A stretch of DNA of 64,000 bases. Source: an uncultured Thermoplasmata archaeon. GTDB lineage: Archaea; Thermoplasmatota; Thermoplasmata; Lutacidiplasmatales; UBA184. Under the pieces are notes generated by a model. That model did not search any database and was not told the DNA's origin. It saw only the letters and a list, made by a program, of their open reading frames with translations. Below are positions 60,232-64,000 of the stretch, piece by piece; positions within the stretch are counted from its first letter, which is position 1, and each line of letters begins with the position of its first letter. The stretch is taken from positions 77,579 to 141,578 of the forward strand of contig CAWDQP010000002.1 in assembly GCA_963804505.1 (NCBI GenBank), in the 5' to 3' direction. The translations under genes were made by a program, and so were the position numbers.

Positions 60232-61361
60232 GGCTCGGCACCTCCCGAGGATCGTCACGAAGGTCTGGGAGCCGAGGCCGCCATCGACTGCGCGAGACCG
60301 ACCTGGGGACGGTGCGCGACCGCGCGGGCGCCCGCCTCGCGGCGCAGCTGAATCGCCACTTCCGCAATCCCGGCGAGCCCCGAGACCCCGACGGGATGAC
60401 CTCGCCCGAGAAGACCACCGCCGGGGTTCACCGGGAGGCGACCATCACGCCCGACCCATCCGTTCTCGAACCAGGAAGGTCCCTCGCCGGGTCCGCAGAC
60501 GCCGAGGTCCTCGAGGTGGATGAGACCGAGCGGCGCGAACGCATCGTGCACCTCTAGGACCTCGAGCTCCTTGCGTGTCGTCTTCGCCATCTCGTACGCG
60601 CCCCGGGCGGCGAGCCGAGTCGCAAGGAAGGTCGTCAGGTCCGGTCGGTCGACCAACCGCAGCGAGTCGAACCCCTGGCCGATCCCGAGCACCGCCGCCG
60701 GTCCCCCGCCACGCTCCAGGACCATCGCGACCGCACCGTCCGAGATGGGGGAGCAGTGCAGCAGGCGCAGCGGCAGCGCGACCGGTCGGCTGGCCGCGAC
60801 CTCTTCCGACGAGACCTCCTTCTGGAAGTGCGCGTACGGGTTGTCGGCGGCCATTTTCCGGGCGTGGACGCTGACGGCGTCGATCACCCCGGACCCCAAT
60901 CCGTGACGGTCGAGGTACCGCTGGGTGGCGAGCGCCGCGAGTCCGGGCATCGTCGCGCCCGCGGCGACCTCGCTCGGGTGGATCGCGGCCGTAAGCTCGC
61001 CGGTGATCTCCGGGGTCGGTCGGTCGGTCATCTTCTCCGCCGCGATCACGAGCGCGCGCGTGTACCGCCCGGATTCGAGGGCCGTGACCGCGGTGTGGAA
61101 CGCCATCGCGCCGGTGGCGCTGGTCGCTTCCACCCGCAGCCCGGCGGCGGACTCCAGGCCGAGTCGGCCCGCGAGCCGCGGAAGGAGCGGCTCGGGGCCG
61201 AGAAGGCCGTGCCCGAGCATCGTGCCCGCCACGAGGAGGTCGATCGTCTTTCGACCCACTCCCTCGAGGGCCGGACTGGCCGCCTCGGCAGCGAGGTCGA
61301 CGAGCCCCTCGGCCCGCTTTCCGAACCGTGCGATGCCGACGCTGGCTACGCGCGCCGTCAT
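60228..61361 (-). CDS. Thiolase-family protein (archaeal acetyl-CoA acetyltransferase type). Apparent frameshift near the 3' end (about 60270).
   Basis: MTARVASVGIARFGK..., EATSATGAMAF (active-site region), LEVHDAFA, NPGGGLLGRGHPVGVSG. C-terminal GGLGSQTFVTILG is in a shifted frame. ATGA overlap with the upstream gene. Confidence 0.75.
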
Positions 61362-61913
61362 CCGCTCACCACTAGCGGGCGTTCGGAGACGAATTGGAAC
61401 CGCTCGACGAAGCGGGAGAGAGGCATGCCCTCCTCCCAGCGCAGGATCCCGTTCCCCTCGCGCGTCGTGTTCACGGGCGGCAGGCCCCGACAGACGAGAC
61501 CCGCCATACCCGGTCGATGGCACCATCCCGGTCGCGAACAGACGCCACGTCTCCTCACCGCGGGCTCCGAGGCGGCGGTACGCGTACAAGACCATCAGTC
61601 CGACCCGCTCGACCGCCCGACGGTGCGCCTCGAGCTGGAGGTTCGCCCGCCCGCTCGCCGAAGTGAACCGTATCACCGGCTCGGACGAGGCCTTCACCTC
61701 GATCGGAAAGGCGAATTCGCGCCGCAGGGCGACCAGGTCCAGCCCAAGGGAACCCGCTCCGCGGATCACGAGGAACGGTTCGTCGATGAGCTTCTCGAAC
61801 CCGGCGCGCGCTTCGGGACGGAGCGACCGCGCGTAGGCGCGGACCGCCGTCCGGTCCCCGGAAAGAAGGCTTCGAAGCTCCCGTTCGTAGCCGCCGAACC
61901 CGTGACCGACCAC
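61358..61913 (-). CDS. hjc: Hjc-type Holliday junction resolvase-like nuclease with an extra ~28 aa segment. Apparent frameshift near 61500.
   Basis: GGYERELRSLL...FLVIRGAGSLGLDLVAL....FPIEVKAS (E, D, E-x-K catalytic pattern). C-terminus GNGILRWEEGMPLSRFVERFQFVS is in ORF 61358..61558. Confidence 0.55.
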
Positions 61914-61938
61914 GATAGGGCTGACTCCCGTCCAGAGG

Positions 61939-61947
61939 TTAATATAT
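61939..61947. promoter_or_regulatory. Shared A/T-rich box (TTAATATAT) between the divergent Hjc-like and AAA+ genes
   Basis: 26-34 nt from GTG 61913 (minus) and GTG 61973 (plus). Confidence 0.4.
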
Positions 61948-61972
61948 CTCCACGGTTGGACTCGCAGCGACG

Positions 61973-63430
61973 GTGGCCGCTTCCGCCGGGCTCGAGCTCG
62001 CTCCTTCGGAGATTCCCGTAGCCCGCGCGCTCGCGGCGCTCGTGGCCGACTCCGACCGGCGTCGGACGGTGCGGGGCCTTCCCACGCAGGCGGTGAAGTT
62101 CCGCGTCGCCGAGCTGAGAAGCCGGCTCCTCCGGGACCGGGTGTTCGAGGACCCGGACGGCTCCTCGCCCGGTTGAAGCGGCGGGGCCTGCTGCTCGACC
62201 TGCCCGGCGGCGGGTGGGGATAAGGGGTACCAGGTCCCCTACCCCGACGATCTGCGGCGACTGCTCGTAGAAGAGTCCCTTCGCACCGACGCGACCGACG
62301 CCGCCGGGATGCTGCCGCTCCCGGACGAGACGGCCGAGATCCGCGCGATGGACTCGGAGTTCCTCGAACAGCTCAACGGCGTCCTAGGGCGTCGCCTTAA
62401 CGAGACGATAGAGTTCGGTCGGTCGTTCGGCGTGACCGAGCTCGCGGAGTACCTCCGCGAGCTGTTCGGGGAGGAGCTCTACTTCGATTCGCTCATCTCG
62501 ATCCTCCAGCAGTACGCGCTCGCGGACGCTCCGCTGCTCGCCCCGACGGGGCGCACCACGGGGAACACCGGGTTCCACCTCGCGCTGTTCGGACCCCCGG
62601 GGACCGGGCAAGACGTTCTCGATCGATGACCTGGTCCGTGGCAATCCCCGCAGCGGAGTGCCGCCGCATGGCCTGCCGGGACGCAACCGGTACTGCGGCG
62701 GGATCACGCCCGTTCAGTTCCTGAGGGTAGGCCAATCGTACACCGGCCGCACGTTCAACTTCATCGTGCCGGAGTTCAACGACTGGTTCAAGTACCCGAG
62801 GGATGGTCGAACCGCTCAAGCTCGTGATGGAGCAGCGGGAAGTGAAGTGGGAGACGACGTTCGGAACCGTCGGGCCCTACACGTTCCGGTCGTTCTTCTC
62901 GGTGAACTACAACGTCCGGACCGCCGGCGCCCAGGACTACTGGACCACGATCGGCGACCCGAACTTCGCGGCCCTCGAGGACCGGATGCTCCTGCGGTTC
63001 CACCCGATGACCCGGGGCCGGTTCCGCGCGGTCGAGGCGGCCGCGGAGCGTCTCGAGCTCGGGGAGCTCGACTTCGAGCTCGCCGGCCGGATCCGCGACC
63101 ACCTCACGCTCGTGCACGCCGATCCAGACACGGCACCCGCTCGTCGCGCGGAAGTTCCCGGCGCGCGCGGTCCGCCTCGAGCGGTCCCTCTACGACCGCC
63201 TCCGCGGGATCTCCGAGCGCGCCCTCAAGACCACCGAATTCCCGAAGTTCTCGCCGCGGCTCAAGAGCCGCGCCGTACGCCTTGGGGCGGCCGCCTCGCT
63301 GCTGACCTACTTCGCCCACCCCAATGAGCCCGCGTTGACGATCGGCAAGGCCGAGTCGGAGTTCGCGAGCCGCTTCTACGAGGAGGAGATCCGTGCCCGA
63401 GAAGGGCGACGGGGACACGCCGCCGAGTAG
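61973..63430 (+). CDS. Uncharacterised AAA+ P-loop ATPase with a possible wHTH-like N-terminal region. At least 4 apparent frame disruptions.
   Basis: Assembled by hand from ORFs 61973.., 62309.., 62658.., 62803.. and an unlisted frame to TAG 63428-63430. Walker A LFGPPGTG(K)T, Walker-B-like FNFIVPEFNDW, then LKLVMEQREVKWETTFGTVGPYTFRSFFSVNYN. Confidence 0.45.
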
Positions 63431-63875
63431 CGAGCGCGAACCGGTCGGCTTCACCCGCCCCGAGGACGACCTGGTGCGTCGCGCGGCACGGCGCGTCGTG
63501 CGGGGCGGGCGCGCCTCGTTCCCCTCCCAGGCGGCGTTCCGGGCCGCGGTAGTCGAGGCGGTCCGGCGCGAAGAGCCGCTCGCGGCGCTCGGCGGGACCC
63601 GACTCCGACGCCTCGTCGTCGGCCTACCGGGGGTCCGGCTCGCGGTCCGCTACTCCGAGCGACCCGGGGTCCCTCCGCTGGAGATCTGCCCGGTGTGCGG
63701 CTCGGGGCTGGTTCCGATTCGCAACCGAACGCTGTCCGGGGAAACGATCGTGCTGGGCCAGCGGTGTACCCGGTGCGACTACTGGTGCCACCGGCACCGG
63801 CGCGTCCCGGTCCGGTACGCGTTCTCGGGCTCTGGTTCAGCGACCCGCATGGCGCGGAGGGGTCCGAGGGCCTAA
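63393..63875 (+). CDS. Hypothetical protein with a C-terminal zinc ribbon
   Basis: CPVCGSGL ... CTRCDYWC. Overlaps the end of the AAA+ gene by about 38 nt; start uncertain. Confidence 0.35.
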   Translation: MPEKGDGDTPPSSEREPVGFTRPEDDLVRRAARRVVRGGRASFPSQAAFRAAVVEAVRREEPLAALGGTRLRRLVVGLPGVRLAVRYSERPGVPPLEICPVCGSGLVPIRNRTLSGETIVLGQRCTRCDYWCHRHRRVPVRYAFSGSGSATRMARRGPRA

Positions 63876-64000
63876 TCGGGCGGGCGAGGCCCGAGCCGGA
63901 AGCGGACCATCTGGCCCCACGACCCCGCGTAGGGGCGTCGCGTGACGCGCGCTCCGTAACGTTCCGCGGCGGCCACGACCGCATCGATGATCTCGGGAGT
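63872..64000 (-). CDS. 3' end of an unidentified gene (partial, continues beyond the window)
   Basis: Minus-strand frame ...TPEIIDAVVAAAERYGARVTRRPYAGSWGQMVRFRLGPRPPD followed by TAG. Confidence 0.3.
   Translation of the reverse strand, partial: TPEIIDAVVAAAERYGARVTRRPYAGSWGQMVRFRLGPRPPD

Noticed and set aside
1-64000. CRISPR arrays, rRNA genes, prophage structural modules
   Set aside because: No short direct repeats with regular spacers were seen; the only periodic repeat is the coding IPT array. No rRNA-like sequence or capsid, terminase or portal-like ORFs were recognised.

Overview
Very GC-rich archaeal chromosome segment (GC judged by eye, not computed). Archaeal markers: ABCE1, RFC large subunit, Hjc-type resolvase, MptA, an intron-containing tRNA, and A/T-rich TATA-like boxes about 22-30 nt upstream of many start codons, which suggests mostly leaderless mRNAs. 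A Thermoplasmatota-like lineage is only a guess. Left to right: a giant IPT/TIG-repeat surface protein (true minus-strand frame missing from the ORF track); ABCE1 and a MacB/FtsX-type ABC operon; MptA, DUF59, OsmC, RFC-L, Bcp; a radical SAM/SPASM enzyme; an IorAB-type molybdenum hydroxylase; a Zn-ADH; an ABC-2 exporter; a cupredoxin; a YVTN beta-propeller surface protein; an intact 1099-aa class III cyclase-STAND-TPR protein. A visibly lower-GC accessory island of about 9 kb (about 37.85-46.8 kb) ends at tRNA-Thr(UGU). It carries a paralogous M29-like peptidase, an AbrB-like gene, an EVE-domain gene, an ABM/MarR pair, small secreted proteins and back-to-back IS110-family and IS481-family elements. 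After the island come hutU, acyl-CoA metabolism genes, a two-gene polytopic membrane/NapH-like Fe-S operon, tRNA-Ser(GCU) with an apparent T-loop intron, DUF35/thiolase, an Hjc-like nuclease and a divergent uncharacterised AAA+ gene plus zinc-ribbon gene. About 30 apparent 1-nt frame disruptions and at least 2 in-frame stops are scattered over roughly 25 genes, including essential ABCE1. Consensus indel error is therefore more likely than pseudogenisation, and many long ORFs in the track are GC-driven shadow frames or wrong-frame fusions. All coordinates were derived by hand translation; starts and frameshift positions are approximate. I found no single clear-cut novel system. The best candidates are the cyclase-STAND-TPR gene, the IS110 upstream hairpins and IS pair, the tRNA-Ser intron, the membrane Fe-S operon and the AAA+/zinc-ribbon pair.
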